A stretch of 64,000 nucleotides of DNA from Piedraia hortae CBS 480.64 (GCA_010093745.1 MU005979.1:62001-126000), one strand, 5' to 3'; counted from the first letter of the stretch, positions 21,196 to 34,268 are shown. The notes: a model not told the origin generated them from the sequence alone. Program-made: numbers and translations.

Positions 21196-22195
21196 GGGCT
21201 TATCTAAACATCGTGCAGGTGAGGTCTAATCATCGTGCACCCTGTTTGATCAAATTTCCAATTAATTTCCATCAGTAAATTGAACCTGTATTGATTCGAA
21301 ACACTTGAAAGATAGTTAACCCAAAACTGCAAGCCACAACTTCGCCTTCCACCCGTCCACCTTCCTAAGCGCGCCAGGGCTTCCGTTGGGCTGCTGCGAC
21401 CATGAAATAGCCTCCGTGATCTCCAAATGCACCATGCAGGAGTTCGTAACTTGCATCGATGCAGAAACCTGGAGCACTTGAGCCAGCCCGGGCCCTTGGC
21501 CCTCACTCTAATGCAATCAGTAGCCAATTGTCACCCTCGCCACTATAACAGTTTGTTGTACACTTACTGTTGGCTCCTTGCTTGAGCATTTGAAGTAAAG
21601 GTATCCATCTGAACGGGGGCCGCTAAACGAAGCATTCTCGCAACGTCTATTAACAGTATCTGCGTCGTAATCTCTCGTCCGTCCCTAAGATAAACGATCT
21701 CGATTGGACGAGATGCAGCACGCTCGCTAGGGAGGTGACAACGTCAACTTTTGCACAGTTACCGTTCGATACATTGGACAGGCAGCTTCTAATCGACACA
21801 GGGGTACTAGTATCGCTGGCAATGACTAAAAAGCTGCACGTTGCCATCATAGCATAGAAGGGCCAATGGTCTGCTTGCTGATAGTTGAAATCTTGGCTGG
21901 CTACTGATAGATGCGGTGATGTGGCTTGGATGCTGGGATGTGGGAGGCTCAATGTTCATCTGGACACGAGAATAATATTGCAATAGCATGGGTCCGTGAA
22001 CTGCCTATGGACATTGGAAGGTAATTTGCGTTACACGAAGACTTAGCAATGGTGGAAGGTCTTTCATTCATCTACGATTGACGGCGGAATAATTTTCTGG
22101 GCCTTTGATTCAATTACTCAATCCAGTCAAATTATTGATCAATGGGGGGGTACACGTTTGGTGAGACCTGGCCAGCACGATGTTTAGATAAGCCC
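21196..22195. mobile_element. Non-autonomous TIR DNA transposon, Mutator-like (MULE), 1000 bp
   Basis: Perfect 21-bp terminal inverted repeat GGGCTTATCTAAACATCGTGC (21196-21216 / 22175-22195), extending imperfectly to about 60 bp. Flanking direct repeat ATATCTCGCC (21186-21195) / ATATCTTGCC (22196-22205). No transposase ORF inside. Confidence 0.85.
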
Positions 22196-22265
22196 ATATC
22201 TTGCCCTGTTGCATTATAAACTTCGTTCAAAATTGGGCCCTTAAAATGATATTATAGATCTGGGA

Positions 22266-22506
22266 TGTCAGAACTCAGAGTCTACGTCATGCGGAAGGGC
22301 CCGGTCCGTCCGCGGCCCGAGTCTAGTGGCCCCACTCTGCAGCTTATACTCAGGCGGCACTGACTTTTCTTTTCTCCTCTTCGTGCTCTGCTTACATAGG
22401 GTCTACGCAGTCCTCTCTTCCATATCCCATTGTTTTGAGCCTCTCACCCTCGTCTCTCATCGATCCCTCTACCCCGACCCCTCGTCCTTAGCCTCGTGTC
22501 GTGACA
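22266..22506. mobile_element. Solo LTR (family copy 1), 241 bp
   Basis: TGTCA...TGACA termini. Its reverse complement aligns end to end with 54107-54334. Flanks GGGA/GTGA form an imperfect TSD. Confidence 0.85.
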
Positions 22507-23498
22507 GTGATTGATGGATGTCCAGGCCCCACCCAGCTGTAGTAAGTGCACCGGTTCGCATTTTTTAAGGAACACTTTTCCGGACATCTCTTGGTCTCCA
22601 AATGCCTCTCTCGCGTGAGTTGTCTCTCACCTTGAGTGATTGCTTTGCTCATTTCTGGCACTTTCCAACAAACAACGTTTCATGATAAGCCATTTCGATG
22701 ATAGCCGTCCGTACTCTGCATCGTCTACGATGATCTGAAGAAGCACGGCGAACCTGTGTAACCTCAGAAAAAATCTTCCCGATTTCCCAAACTGGAAAGT
22801 TGCACAAACTCAATCCATCGCAGTAGTATAACAGCAAAGCCATTTTCTTCTGAGATCTTAATTTCCTGCCACCTTGTCATATGTATGCAGGTCCAAGTAT
22901 ATGCCATGGTCTATGAAAGAACAGACCCATCTGCGAGCATGCCGACATTGGCAGGCAATCCAAGAAACTGCCTGACCAGCCACTCTGCCTGCACACGAGA
23001 ATTGTTACATGCACAAAATCTTGTTGCATCCATGCATGCACACGTATGAGCTAATCCCTCGAACACCTTTTTTGTGCAGCGTTAAGAATGGTTACTCCTG
23101 GGATCATTTTTAGCCAGGTTGAAAAGGCTTCCAAGAGTATATGGCTCATCAGGACGTCACTATAATACATCGCGGGTGCACTCCATTCTAAACTAAATGT
23201 ATTGTCGATTTGATTCTTTCCGTACCAGCAAACCGGCCGCCCGTAGATCCATCCGTCGTAGAATCAGATTTCGCGTCAATCAAATCGAAAAAAAAAAAAA
23301 AAATGGAAAGCGTCTCGTCATATCTTCATCAGCTCTCAGTCTGCTTGCTGGAAACCTGCAGACGAAGAAAAAGCAGTAAAGATTCCCAGCGTCGTCCGGA
23401 GCCCAATGTACACTCCACTCGAATGTACGGTAACGTTGAACGCCCGTAAGCCATAAGCATATCAGATGTTCATCTTCTCGTGACAAGGGTAAAGGCCC

Positions 23499-26018
23499 TT
23501 AGTTCGACCGTGTGACGAGCCTGCTGAGGAACTTATTACTAAGGCATTCAAAGTTCTCCGCATCAAAGCTCGCTGAATGACGATCGCGGAGATAGTCATC
23601 TGACTAAGTCAGTAGTAGAAAGATTAGGTTTGAAACAAACTCACTGTGCTTTTCCAGATGTCCTTTGACCTCTGTCATGACCTCACAGACATCCTGATTA
23701 GATCCAAGCACCTGGTGGTACTTCTCCGAGTCCCACTCCTGGAAACGTGGCACTTTGGTCGAAATGGCATGAAACAGGCCCACAATCACCCCTACCGGGG
23801 TCCTCTCCATTTCATCGCAGAATTCCTGTACGTTCTGCCCGGGTTGGCGACGGTAGTGGGAGTCAAATTGGATTTCTTCCCAAACCAGTAGCACAATGGT
23901 CGCAATCATAAAGATAGTCGGCCAATGTTTCAGCTTGTCTCCCGAGTATACCGATGAGTAGAGTCCCGAAAGCTCCAACAGAACCTCTCTCTGCAGCGCG
24001 CGCCAGGCCTCAGCCAGAGCACACTTGATTTCAAAGTTGATCATGACCGGGGCAGCCGTGCGACCAAAATATTTGGACAAAGGATTGTTGATCTTGCCCT
24101 CACTCACGTGTTTGGCTGACTCTGCCTCGACCAGCGTCAGATGCAGCGTGAGATTGTAGGCAATCACCAGCTTCAGCGCTTTCCGGATCACTAGGCTCCC
24201 TGTGCGCTCGTAATATCGATAGCATGTTTTGAGCATTTCCGTCAGAAACACCGTACCACCAAAATGTTTGTCGACAAAATGCTCAAACCCCTGATCAAGA
24301 TGACGGTCGAGATAGTCGGCAATCATGGCCGCCGTAACGCCGTCATCTCCAACTGATAGCCTCGCCGTACGCTTTATGAATCGCGTGGGCTTTCCGTTCA
24401 CCGTCTCGATCCAGTCTACGCTGAACCCCTGCGTGTCGCGCACAAACACCTCGCGCGCGGGGATTGCCAAGGAATGTCCATAGCCGTGGGTTATCTGCAG
24501 CACCCACTTCGTCGGGCTGAATCCTTTGATGTTGCTGACTGAAAGGTTGAGCTTGATATGGCGCTGATAGTCGGTAGTCCAGTCTTTCAAAAAATACGAC
24601 AGATCCCGAATGTCAAGTCGAGTGCACGGCACTTGCCACAAGCGAGCGTGAGATGGTCGACAGCCAGAACATGGTTCGTTCTTGTCGCAGGTCTTCTTCA
24701 AGAAACGGCAACGCAAGCATGCACGCATCTTGCGAATCTCGTGAGCCTGCAGGCGTTGCTCAGGCCGAAGCGGGCCACGACGACGTCCCACGCTTTTCTT
24801 CTCGGCCTGGCCATTCGGTACGATGGACTTCCTGATGGAAGACCGCATCGTCAAGCCCTTAACTGGCGGACCGAAGACGCGTACTGGCGGCGACGGTGGG
24901 GTTGAAGACGATGGCGAAGTCGAGAACGACTTGTTGGAGCCAGAACTCAATGTAGCAGCATTGGGGCTCACCATCACGGCTGACGATGCCGAAGACGATG
25001 ACGGAGAGTCGTGATTAGCCACGCAAGGTTTCCCCATCCACTCCCCATGACCTTCTTTAGGGGAATCGGAAGACCAGGGAGAGATGACATCAAAGCTTCC
25101 CGCAAGGCCACCAGAGTCCGAAGTATCCGACGCATTGGAGCTAGAAAAGTGCAAATTGCGTCCCGGGGGTGGAACCATACCATCAACAGACCCTAGGGAG
25201 CTTGTGGGCGTCGAATTGACCAGCGTCCATTCACAGTCTGATGTATTATCCATGGCTGCACTCACCGGCACACTGGCCCGGGTTTTGGGTGGCTGTTGAG
25301 GGTTGAGCTCGGCGTTGCGCATCGGCCACAGATAGATGCCGTCTTGGGGGATCATAAAGGACGTTTCTTGGACTGCCAGAGGAGCCACAGAAGAGAGCAG
25401 TTGAGACGAGTTTCCGCCGTACATTTCGTCTGCCTGCACCGTAGATGGCGACTGGCACACCGTCTCACCATATACGGCGTCTAGCTCATGGCCGTTGTGG
25501 ACAACATATTCCTGATCCGTCGGGATTGCTTGCTTATCCGGTACCGGTAGAGAAGAAGCCTGTTGCAACTGATGCAGTTGCAATTGCTGGAGCTCTAGCG
25601 GCTGAAGAAACCAGTTAGTTGTGATCGCATTCTGGTCGAGCGGCTGAACAAACGGCTGCAACTGCGGTTGCGGCTGCGGCTGCGACTGTGGCGGGGGTTG
25701 GGGCTCGAATTGGAGGTGCGCATCCTCATCATGTGCCTGCAATCGGTCTAGCTGAGCTAGCGACGGATGCTCTTGGACGGGATGGAAATGCGGCAGGCGT
25801 GCGTGCGAAGGAAACGCAGATGCGCAAGTACTGGTGCTCTGTGGAAGCGTATTCCACACCGACGGCGCTTGCGACGACTGTCGTGGCGCACGCACCGAGG
25901 GCTGAAGAAGCGGCGGCAGCGGCTGTTGCTGTGACAGAGGGCCAAAATGATGAAAGGCAAGGCCGGCGTGGAGCGCGGGGTGGTAGGCCATTGTCGGCCC
26001 GTAGCCATCTGACTCCAT
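23499..26018 (-). CDS. Zn(II)2Cys6 transcription factor (about 824 aa)
   Basis: ACLRCRFLKKTCDKNEPCSGCRPSHARLWQVPC cluster after a Q/S/P-rich N-terminus. Intron 23600-23644 (GTGAGT...ACTGAC...CAG) gives terminal exon NDYLRDRHSASFDAENFECLSNKFLSRLVTRSN*. Confidence 0.92.
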
Positions 26019-27980
26019 CTGACCGAAGCGTAAAGTGTCGGGCTGGCCACGGACGGTTAGCGCGCGGGATCAGCAGGGTAAGTTCGAGTCAGGCCGCACG
26101 GAGCGGTGGAAGACGGCCTCGACAGCTGTTGAGGCGACGACGTTCGAGCAAAGGACAAGGGGCATGTGATTAGGAAGAGGATCAGGATGGGGTGGATTGT
26201 GCGAAGTAATTAGACCGCCCGGCTTGGGAGAGGAGTCGGTGAAGGCTCAGGTGGGGGCAGCAGCCCAATAGGCTTGGCAGAGGTAACTAGCTGCAGCGGG
26301 TGCACGGACAACCAAGGTGCGACGAGCAGGGTCCGAAGACTGCTATCATATCAGGGAGCATAAGAGAGTCATCTTGAAGATGGGGATGTAGAGCTAAACA
26401 TTTTTCCCCGTTAAGCCATGCGGCAAAAAGCAAAGCACGTCGGCCGTTGCATCGTCGGCACCGAATTCGCTCCTCGTGGACACTGCATGGCTTCCGACTC
26501 AGGGTCAGGCAAGGTCAAACGACATCACGTGAGAATGCCGTGATGTTTTGTTCGCCTGCTGAGCTAAATCGAGTCTGACTACGGGCCACCCTTCAACTTA
26601 CCCCGCATCTGGGGTGTCTCTGGATTGGTTCGTTTGAAATATCGATCATGTGACGCGAAAGTAACCGCATTCGTACAAGGAGGGCAACAGCAAAAAACTC
26701 CTGAAATGATGGCACATTTAAACGCTCATCGAGAAGTACCTTTTGAGCTCAATCAGCTGAGCTACAATTTGGGTGGTTATCTGATAGCATTAGCATCAAT
26801 AATTACATCCTGTTTCACTTGAATATTCCGAACCCTCACGAACGAGCCGTGGGTCCGCACCGCAAGGGAGAACCATTTTGCCAGCTGCCTTTAGCCCTTG
26901 AAGTGCCACAAACCATACCACAATAGGTGTATCACTACCGTAATCTGTGCAAGAATCAACGGCTGAGGCACATTGTTACAATTTGTCGCCGTTAAGATAG
27001 TTGTGGTATTGAAAGGCCCTACTTCTTGGCTTTGGCGTGAAACGAGAAGACTGGGACAACGACGTCGTGGAAACGAGGAAACATGAACTAGGTGGCATGC
27101 AGCCGTGAACGAGAAAAAGATTGGCGGGTCATATTACCGTGAAGTGAGTGCTTGGTACTGCCCCAAGTGGGTATGCACCGAGCGTTTCATAAGATCTTCA
27201 CCTCTTGCCTGATTCGATAGTGAGGCCTTTCTGCCAAGGTAACAGTCCATCAAGGATCCTGCCGTATGAATCTTGGACAGATATTATTGAGGCTCGTTTG
27301 GAATGCAATTCTCTGAGTGAGGTCTAGCTCATTTAGAACTACGTCTTTGTAAAGCTTACAGGTGCAGCAGCCTTGTCTTATCTTGCGTGGAGGCCAGCCG
27401 AGATGGTTATTTAGCATACCACGACTTCGCATGACAGCGAATTTTTGAGCACAGCCCGCAAGCGGACAAAATGCATCGTTTGCTTGACGGCTGTCAGTTC
27501 GTACTTGAGGTGAATCGCGCTTGGGTTGTGAACATTGTCTCTCCTCTGCTCATTTCCCTGACCGCAGACCACCTGTTGTGCCAAATGTTGCGCCTAGAAG
27601 CGGTAAGGGTCGACGTCATCAGCTTCAAGCCGATACGCTCCTTCCCCAGTCCGGCGATTTTCTCGATCTAGCGACGCCACTCTTGCTCACCATTGGCTGT
27701 TGATCATGTCTCCCCCGATTCCCTTCCAATTGTAACGTTGCTGCTACATCCCACTCGCTTCCCACAAAATCAACACATGACAGCGGTGCCGTTTGCCCAA
27801 ACAGCAGAAAAGATCCGACGCGATCACTGCGGCCGATTCTCGCAGCACTCCTACCGTAAACCTTCCTTTGTGACCGTTTCTTGCTTTTACCCTTGGACGG
27901 TCAGAGGCCTCCCCCTCATCACCTGACCTGTCAATACCGTCAAAACGTTGACTGCGTGTCTTGCTCCCACTTGAACACCA

Positions 27981-30900
27981 ATGTCCGGCTTTCGTGGCCG
28001 TGGTGGTGGTCGCGGTGGCTACCATGATCATGGCGGTCATGGCGGCAGTGGTGGCAGAAGAGGTGGCCGCGGAGACTTCCAGAACGACTACCGTGGTGGA
28101 GGGCGTGACGAATATCGCGAAGATCATCGAATGGATTATCGCGGCGGAGACCCTCGTGGCGATCGCGGCGGAGACTACGCCGGAGATCAGCGTGGCGGCG
28201 ACTACCGCAGGGAACCCCGTAACGATTATCGAGGGGATTACGGCCGAGATTCCCGTGGCGATTATCGCGGTGAGTATGGCGAAAGCCGCAGAGACTACCG
28301 TGACGATCCCCGAGGAAATTATCGCAGCAATGGGCGTAATGACTACCGCAACGACCGCATGGAATATCGCGGCGGTCCTCCCCGGGAATATCGCAGAGAG
28401 CTTCGCGGCGACCCTCGTGAGCAAGACTATCGTGGGCAAGACTATCGTGGGCAAGACTATCGTGGGCAAGACTATCGCGGGCAAGACTACCGCGGGCAAG
28501 ACTATCGTGGCGGTCGTGGCGACCCACGTTCTGACTATCGCGGAGGCGATCGCGGCGATTTTTCCCGTGGTGATGGCGATTTCCGCGGTGGTCGCGATGA
28601 CTTTCGTGGTCGCCACGGGCCTCGTGGACGTGGCGGCCCTGGCGGTGGTCCTCGTGGCGGCGGTGGTGGATTTCGTGGTGGTCCGCGTGGTGGCCGTGGA
28701 GGGTAAGTAAAGTTTGGGAATAGGATCTCGCTGACACATCCTCAGCGGTAATGGTCCTCCCCCTGGTAGTGGCCAAGGCGGTATTTATCTGTAAGCATGG
28801 ATTACAGCCTCGTAGTCGCACAGCTAACGTGGCACAGTGAAAGAGAACAGCCTCAGGCCCCGGATGCTGCCATTACGGCGCTCGAGAATGAGCTGGTTCC
28901 CCTCACCCGGGACAAGATGTTCCCCATTGGGTCTGGCCAAATCAAAGTGCCCGGTAGGCGTGGCTACGGTACCAAAGGTACGCCCATCGTACTGCGCACC
29001 AATTACCTCAAAATTTCTCCGGGCCAGTCAGATATGGACAAGACATGGTACCGTTATGATGTTGAATTGAATCCGGAACCATCCAAGGCGAGGAAATACC
29101 GTGCTATGAAGGAGCTCATGAAGCACGACAAGTTCCAGGGCGTTATCTCGGCGTCTGATTACGCAAAGATTGTTGTTACGACGAGCCCGATTGATCTTGG
29201 CAGCGGGGAATGGACGGACAACTTGGTCATCCCCCCTGCTGAAAGAGGACCCTCGAATGCCCCTGATGACGATGCGCCGAATTTCGTCCAGCAAGCGCGT
29301 GATCGCAACACTGTGAAGTTTCGCGTGCAGTCGACGGGCACCTTTACGCCCCGTCACATGATCGAATATCTCTCCAGCAACCGCCCTGGCGCAGAATATG
29401 CCAGCGCAGCAGATATTATCCAGATTCTCAATATCATAACGTGCAACTCGCTAAACAGCGCTTCGGGCGTCGCGCCTGTTGGGAAGAAGCGGTTTTATCC
29501 TCTCGAGGACGCTCTGGGCGCGCAAAAATATGATCTCGGCGGAGGTCTTCAAGCCATGCGCGGTTACTATGCCAGTGTGCGGCCTGCCGTCGGGCGTCTC
29601 CTGCTCAACCTCAACGTAACGGCCGGTGCGTTTTATAAGCCCGTGCCCCTTCTTGCTCTCCGAAACGATTACATGAGCAACCGTACCACCTATGACATGT
29701 TTGAGGGCTTCATCTCTAAGCTCAAGGTCCGGGCTGAGTATATCAAAGACGGCTCCCGAGTACCATATATGACCAAGATCAAGTCCATTGTCGGCTTTTC
29801 CCGGCCACCCAATGCACCTCGTCGCGGTGATGCTAATGACGTTTGTTTCGAAATCTTTGACAGCGAAAACCCCGACGCACAGCTGGAGCTGCTTTCGGTT
29901 GCTGAATATTTCCGTCGCCACCACAACATCACTCTCAAGCACCCTGATCTACCTGTCCTCAACTGTGGCACCCGGCAGGATCCACAGTACTTGCCCATGG
30001 AGCTATGCTCAATCGTCCCGGGTCAGGTGTACCTGCGTCTCCTCGGAGGCGATCAGACAAGCGAAATGTTGAGATTTGCAGCGCGCTCCCCCAACTTGAA
30101 TGCAATGTCAATCGTCGGCACATCCGCCAATCCCGGTATCGGTGTGCAGCTCTTCAACCTTCGAGACGCTTCTGGCAACATGCAAGACCAGCCGATCAAA
30201 AAATGGGGCTTCGGTGTGGATGCGTGCGCTCTCGTAACTGTTCCTGGGCGCATTCTCGACAGCCCTCAGGTTGCATATCGCAACAGGCGCGAATTTCCCC
30301 GCGGCGGTTCTTGGAACTGCAACAAGCAGACGTTTTACAAAGGTGGCCGCTTCGGTACCTGGCAAGTCCTTGTTTTGAACCGTCGCGGAGGCAATACGCT
30401 GCACATGAATCCAATGGGTGAAATGAGACCGCCGGAGATGCTGTTTGACGATCTTGAGAAGACATTGAGGGCGTACGGCATTCAGACGGGCACACGTCTG
30501 GACACCAAATTTGTAGACTTGGACAGCCTTACAGTCGACAACCGAAAGCAGAACGATTCCAGGCTGCAGAGGGCGTTTGAGGATGCGGACAGGAACGAAG
30601 TGGAGTTCCTTTTTATTGTCTTGCCCGAGTTTGATCGATGGCTGTACGCGCGCATCAAATATTACGGCGACATCCAGTATGGCATCCACACGCTGGACTC
30701 CGTGGGCTCGAAACTGCAGAAACCTAAGGGACAGGGAATGTATCTCGGAAACCTGGCCTTGAAGTTCAACATCAAGAGTGGCGGTGTGAATCACACTGTC
30801 CCTGATATTTTTGCTGCGCCGCTTGATGACAACACGATGCTGATGGGGATAGACGTAACACACCCGTCACCTGGCAGCCGGGACGGGGCGCCCAGTATTT

Positions 30901-31655
30901 CGTGCGTCGTCGCCAGCGTTGACGAGCATGTCACGCAGTGGCCTGGGAGCATACGTGCCCAAAAGGGCTTTCAAGAAATGGTTCAGGGCCTGGAAGAGAT
31001 GGTTGGGCAGCGCCTGGAAGTATGGCGCAAGCACCATAACGGCCAGTTGCCGACCAAGATCGTCCTTTACCGTGATGGCGTGTCGGAAGGGCAGTATGAG
31101 CTGGTGTTGAGCGAGGAGCTACCATGTTTTGAGGAGGCGTTTTCCAAGGCGTACGGAGACAAGGAGGAGTGGCCCAAGATGTCCATTATCGTGGTCGGCA
31201 AACGGCACCACACTCGCTTCTACCCCACTAAAAGGGAGGAAGCCGACGTCAATAAGATAGGCAAAGGCTCATGGAACCCGCTGCCCGGGACAATCGTCGA
31301 TCGCCATGTTGGCGGTCGCATCCTTCGAGAATTTTGGCTCCAAGCCCACTCCGGTTTGCAAGGTACAGCGAGGCCCGCTCATTATGTCGTGATCAAAGAC
31401 GACATCCTCTTCGAGGCCGATGAGCTAGAGCGCCTCACTCTGAACCTGAGCTACACGTTTAACCGCGCCACGAAGGCGGTCAGCGTATGTCCGCCTGCGT
31501 ACTATGCAGATCTCCTTTGCGAACGCGGGCGTGCATATTTGTTTGGTACCTTAGCAGAGAACCTGGGGAGTGATACCAATAGTGATCTCGGCGGAGAACC
31601 AGAGTGGAAGGATGGTGTGCATCCTCGCCTGCAAAATTCGACGTGGTACATTTAA
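27981..31655 (+). CDS. Argonaute (QDE-2-like) with long RGG/DYR N-terminal extension, about 1194 aa
   Basis: Exons 27981-28702, 28746-28790 and 28838-31655 (introns of 43 and 47 nt). PAZ (SVAEYFRRHHNITLKHPDLP...YLPMELC) and MID/PIWI with GIDVTHP, QEMV, YRDGVSEG, GTARPAHY and AYYADL give a DEDD tetrad. Confidence 0.96.
28422..28511 (+). repeat. Coding tandem repeat, 6 x 15 bp (CAAGACTATCGTGGG) encoding (QDYRG)6
   Basis: Directly visible. The copies differ only at synonymous positions. Confidence 0.95.
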
Positions 31656-32560
31656 CAGTCGTGATTTTCCTGGTCCACTGGATCACAGTCGGGCTTGTTG
31701 ATTGTGAACACATTGCTGTCGTGTAAGGCGTTTGGCTGGGAATCGTGTAAGTTCTTAGCTAATCGTGTCGTTGTGCTGAAAACGCGTGGCTTCTGTTGTT
31801 TTGGTAAAAGATGTATGGTAGTTTGCAATCGCGTTTGCCCAGTGTTGTTTGGTCACACATTCGTGCACATGGTAATATGTAAGTGGATTTGAACGTTCAA
31901 ACGCGTCTAGGCAAATTTTGCACGCCGCGCGATTTGACTGTCCTCGTGCAAGTCCATGGGTCAAACTGTTCAGTAAAAGATTATTCGGAAAGAAAAAAAC
32001 TGCTACGGATTCATTGTGCAAACTGCATATTGTTCGCTCATGCATGCGGCAAACATTAGCTCTACTGTATCTTTCCGAGATTCACTTTGGAGTCGTTAGG
32101 CCTTTGTGAGGGTATTTCGGGGTATACAGTATGTGGGCATCCCAAAACGTCTTGACTTGTCATCTTTCGTTCTTCTAACTGGGAAGGGAGAATGCCAAGA
32201 CCTCCATATCGTTGACTGAGTGTTTTTTTTTTTCGACATCAGGGCCGTTTGTGCAAATTTTATTTCTTCGGTGCACGGTCGATATCCTACTGCCAAGACT
32301 TTTAGGAATGAAGGCTCGGACAACACGTGCCAAGTGGGACGTCTACTAGGAAATTTTATTTTCATCGGTCATTAGTTGTCAAAAGTGGAACATGTACTTG
32401 TCCCATCTGGGGGATATGTAAATAGCTGGCAAATTTTGCATGTGTGTGTGCACATGTGACTGAACTATCCAGTGGCTAGCGACCGCTCTTTCCATTCCGG
32501 ACACTCATTAATTTGCCTACCGAAAAGCGGAGAGGGCACGACCTACAAGACTACAGCAAA

Positions 32561-34159
32561 ATGTCCCATTCCCCCCTAACAGACCTCCCCACCGAACTCC
32601 TCCGCCACGTGATTGCTCAGCTGCCGCATGCGCAGGCCGTGGCCTCGCTCAGCGCAGTAAACCATGGCTTGCACTGGTACATTGAAGAAGACGGATGGCG
32701 GATATTTGTGCAAAACCGGTTCCCATCCCTGTGGCCGCCCTCGGCAACTTCGTACCGCGATGTTGCGCGTACGTGTACAACATGGTCCAAAGCCTGGGAT
32801 CGTCGAAGCCTGGTGGCGCGCTGTATTCAACCTGAGGGAGATATCTGGTCGTTGCCTGCGGCAGAAGTTCTTAGAATGTGGAAACGTCCGCGTGGACAGA
32901 CAATTGGGTTCACACCACAGCTGGATGTCTATGAGAGCGTGGGGGAGACTTGGGTTCAGAGGGAGGAAGTGCTGGCCTACAGTGCTGGAGCTGAGGTTTG
33001 TGTGCGGAGGAAAAAAGGGAGGGATGCGAAGTGGTTGGCCTACAGACCGCTCAAAGCGATCGAAGGACACGAGGATGTAACCTCGTTGCACTTGGTCAGG
33101 CCAAGGGAGGGGGAAAGTGGCCAAACAATTGTTGTGGGCACGGCGAATGGAGACCTTCGTATTGTTTGCTTGCCCACCGAGAGTTGCGCAGAGGTCAAGA
33201 CGAGATACTGTGCCACGCAGGGCCAGCCAGTGAGGTCTGGGAGCCTCCTCCAGCAAGACGATGTTAACCTCGTGGCGGCTAATCTGGGGGATCGACGCAT
33301 CTCTCTCTTCCAGATCGACGACGGTGGCCCCAAGATCTGCCCGTCAAGCTCTATCGACATTGAGCCGACAGCATCTCGCCAGCGGATATGGAGTACGCAT
33401 TTCTTGTCATCCAAACACGTTGCAGCTGGCGTCGGGCTCTCTGATGCGCCCATTCTCATCTACAACTTAACTCCCTCCGGACTCGAGCGTGAGCCAGCCC
33501 GCAAATTTCAACTTCAAAACACCCAAGAAGAAGCCGCTAGGTGCGGACCCGAGGCCCGGTCATCCATCTACCCCATTGTCCCGCTTCCCTCTGGAAATGG
33601 CACGTTTCTCTCTGGCGCGCACGATGGAATCGTTCGACTACACGATCTTCGCTCGAACAGGAACGTGGAACGGACTTTTGTTGACTCGACCGACGTCAGC
33701 GCTGTCTACAGCCTCCTGGCTCAAGGGCATGAGCGGATTCTAGCAGGAGGGTCACGACACTGTCTCCTAAAGGTATTTGACCTACGCATGGGCGCAAAGG
33801 CTTATTCCTACTGTGAAACCCCTCCAAAAAGCCAAGACTGGAACCTGTTTCTGCAAATGCCAGTGAGGAGCCGCTCCCGGACACGTCGCAATCGAGAGAG
33901 CCCCGTCTACTCGCTTGCGTCTGCAGCGGCGTACAACCCACACATTTATGCCGGAGTAGAAGATACTGTTATCGACGTAGCCTTTACCGACAGCTGCGCG
34001 GACCCTGCATTTACGGTCGAGACGTCAGGGCAGATGCATTTGGCCATGTATGACCAAAGTGGGGAGAGGAAGTTTTATCGACAGCGGGCAGATGATGCAG
34101 ACGCGGCAGACACGGCAATGGACGGGATAGACGGAAGCTGGATGGTGAACAATATGTAG
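32561..34159 (+). CDS. F-box and WD40-repeat protein
   Basis: LTDLPTELLRHVIAQL F-box at the N-terminus. WD-like strands FLSGAHDGIVRLHDLR and ILAGGSRHCLLKVFDLR. First ATG at 32561. Confidence 0.85.
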   Translation: MSHSPLTDLPTELLRHVIAQLPHAQAVASLSAVNHGLHWYIEEDGWRIFVQNRFPSLWPPSATSYRDVARTCTTWSKAWDRRSLVARCIQPEGDIWSLPAAEVLRMWKRPRGQTIGFTPQLDVYESVGETWVQREEVLAYSAGAEVCVRRKKGRDAKWLAYRPLKAIEGHEDVTSLHLVRPREGESGQTIVVGTANGDLRIVCLPTESCAEVKTRYCATQGQPVRSGSLLQQDDVNLVAANLGDRRISLFQIDDGGPKICPSSSIDIEPTASRQRIWSTHFLSSKHVAAGVGLSDAPILIYNLTPSGLEREPARKFQLQNTQEEAARCGPEARSSIYPIVPLPSGNGTFLSGAHDGIVRLHDLRSNRNVERTFVDSTDVSAVYSLLAQGHERILAGGSRHCLLKVFDLRMGAKAYSYCETPPKSQDWNLFLQMPVRSRSRTRRNRESPVYSLASAAAYNPHIYAGVEDTVIDVAFTDSCADPAFTVETSGQMHLAMYDQSGERKFYRQRADDADAADTAMDGIDGSWMVNNM

Positions 34160-34268
34160 AGCCTAAGCTAAACCCGCCCGAATATTTATTCGCAGGAATA
34201 TTTATAGCGTGTCTTACTGTGGCACCCTGCATGCGCGTCTTGGAGGGCGCCACGGGACAAACAACGAC

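Noticed and set aside
27250..27720. Broken minus-strand frame with GEGAY and HLKYELTAVKQ, faintly kinase-like
   Set aside because: Motif spacing is wrong and no HRD/DFG equivalents are present; indistinguishable from chance.
28422..28511. Regular short repeats resembling an array
   Set aside because: Head-to-tail coding repeat without spacers in a eukaryotic exon; not CRISPR.
27744..28821. Long ORFs in three other frames over the Argonaute 5' exon (T/A/V/I-rich and H/R/D-rich)
   Set aside because: Products of the stop-poor repeat. Only the RGG frame has an ATG and splice sites that join the Argonaute in frame.
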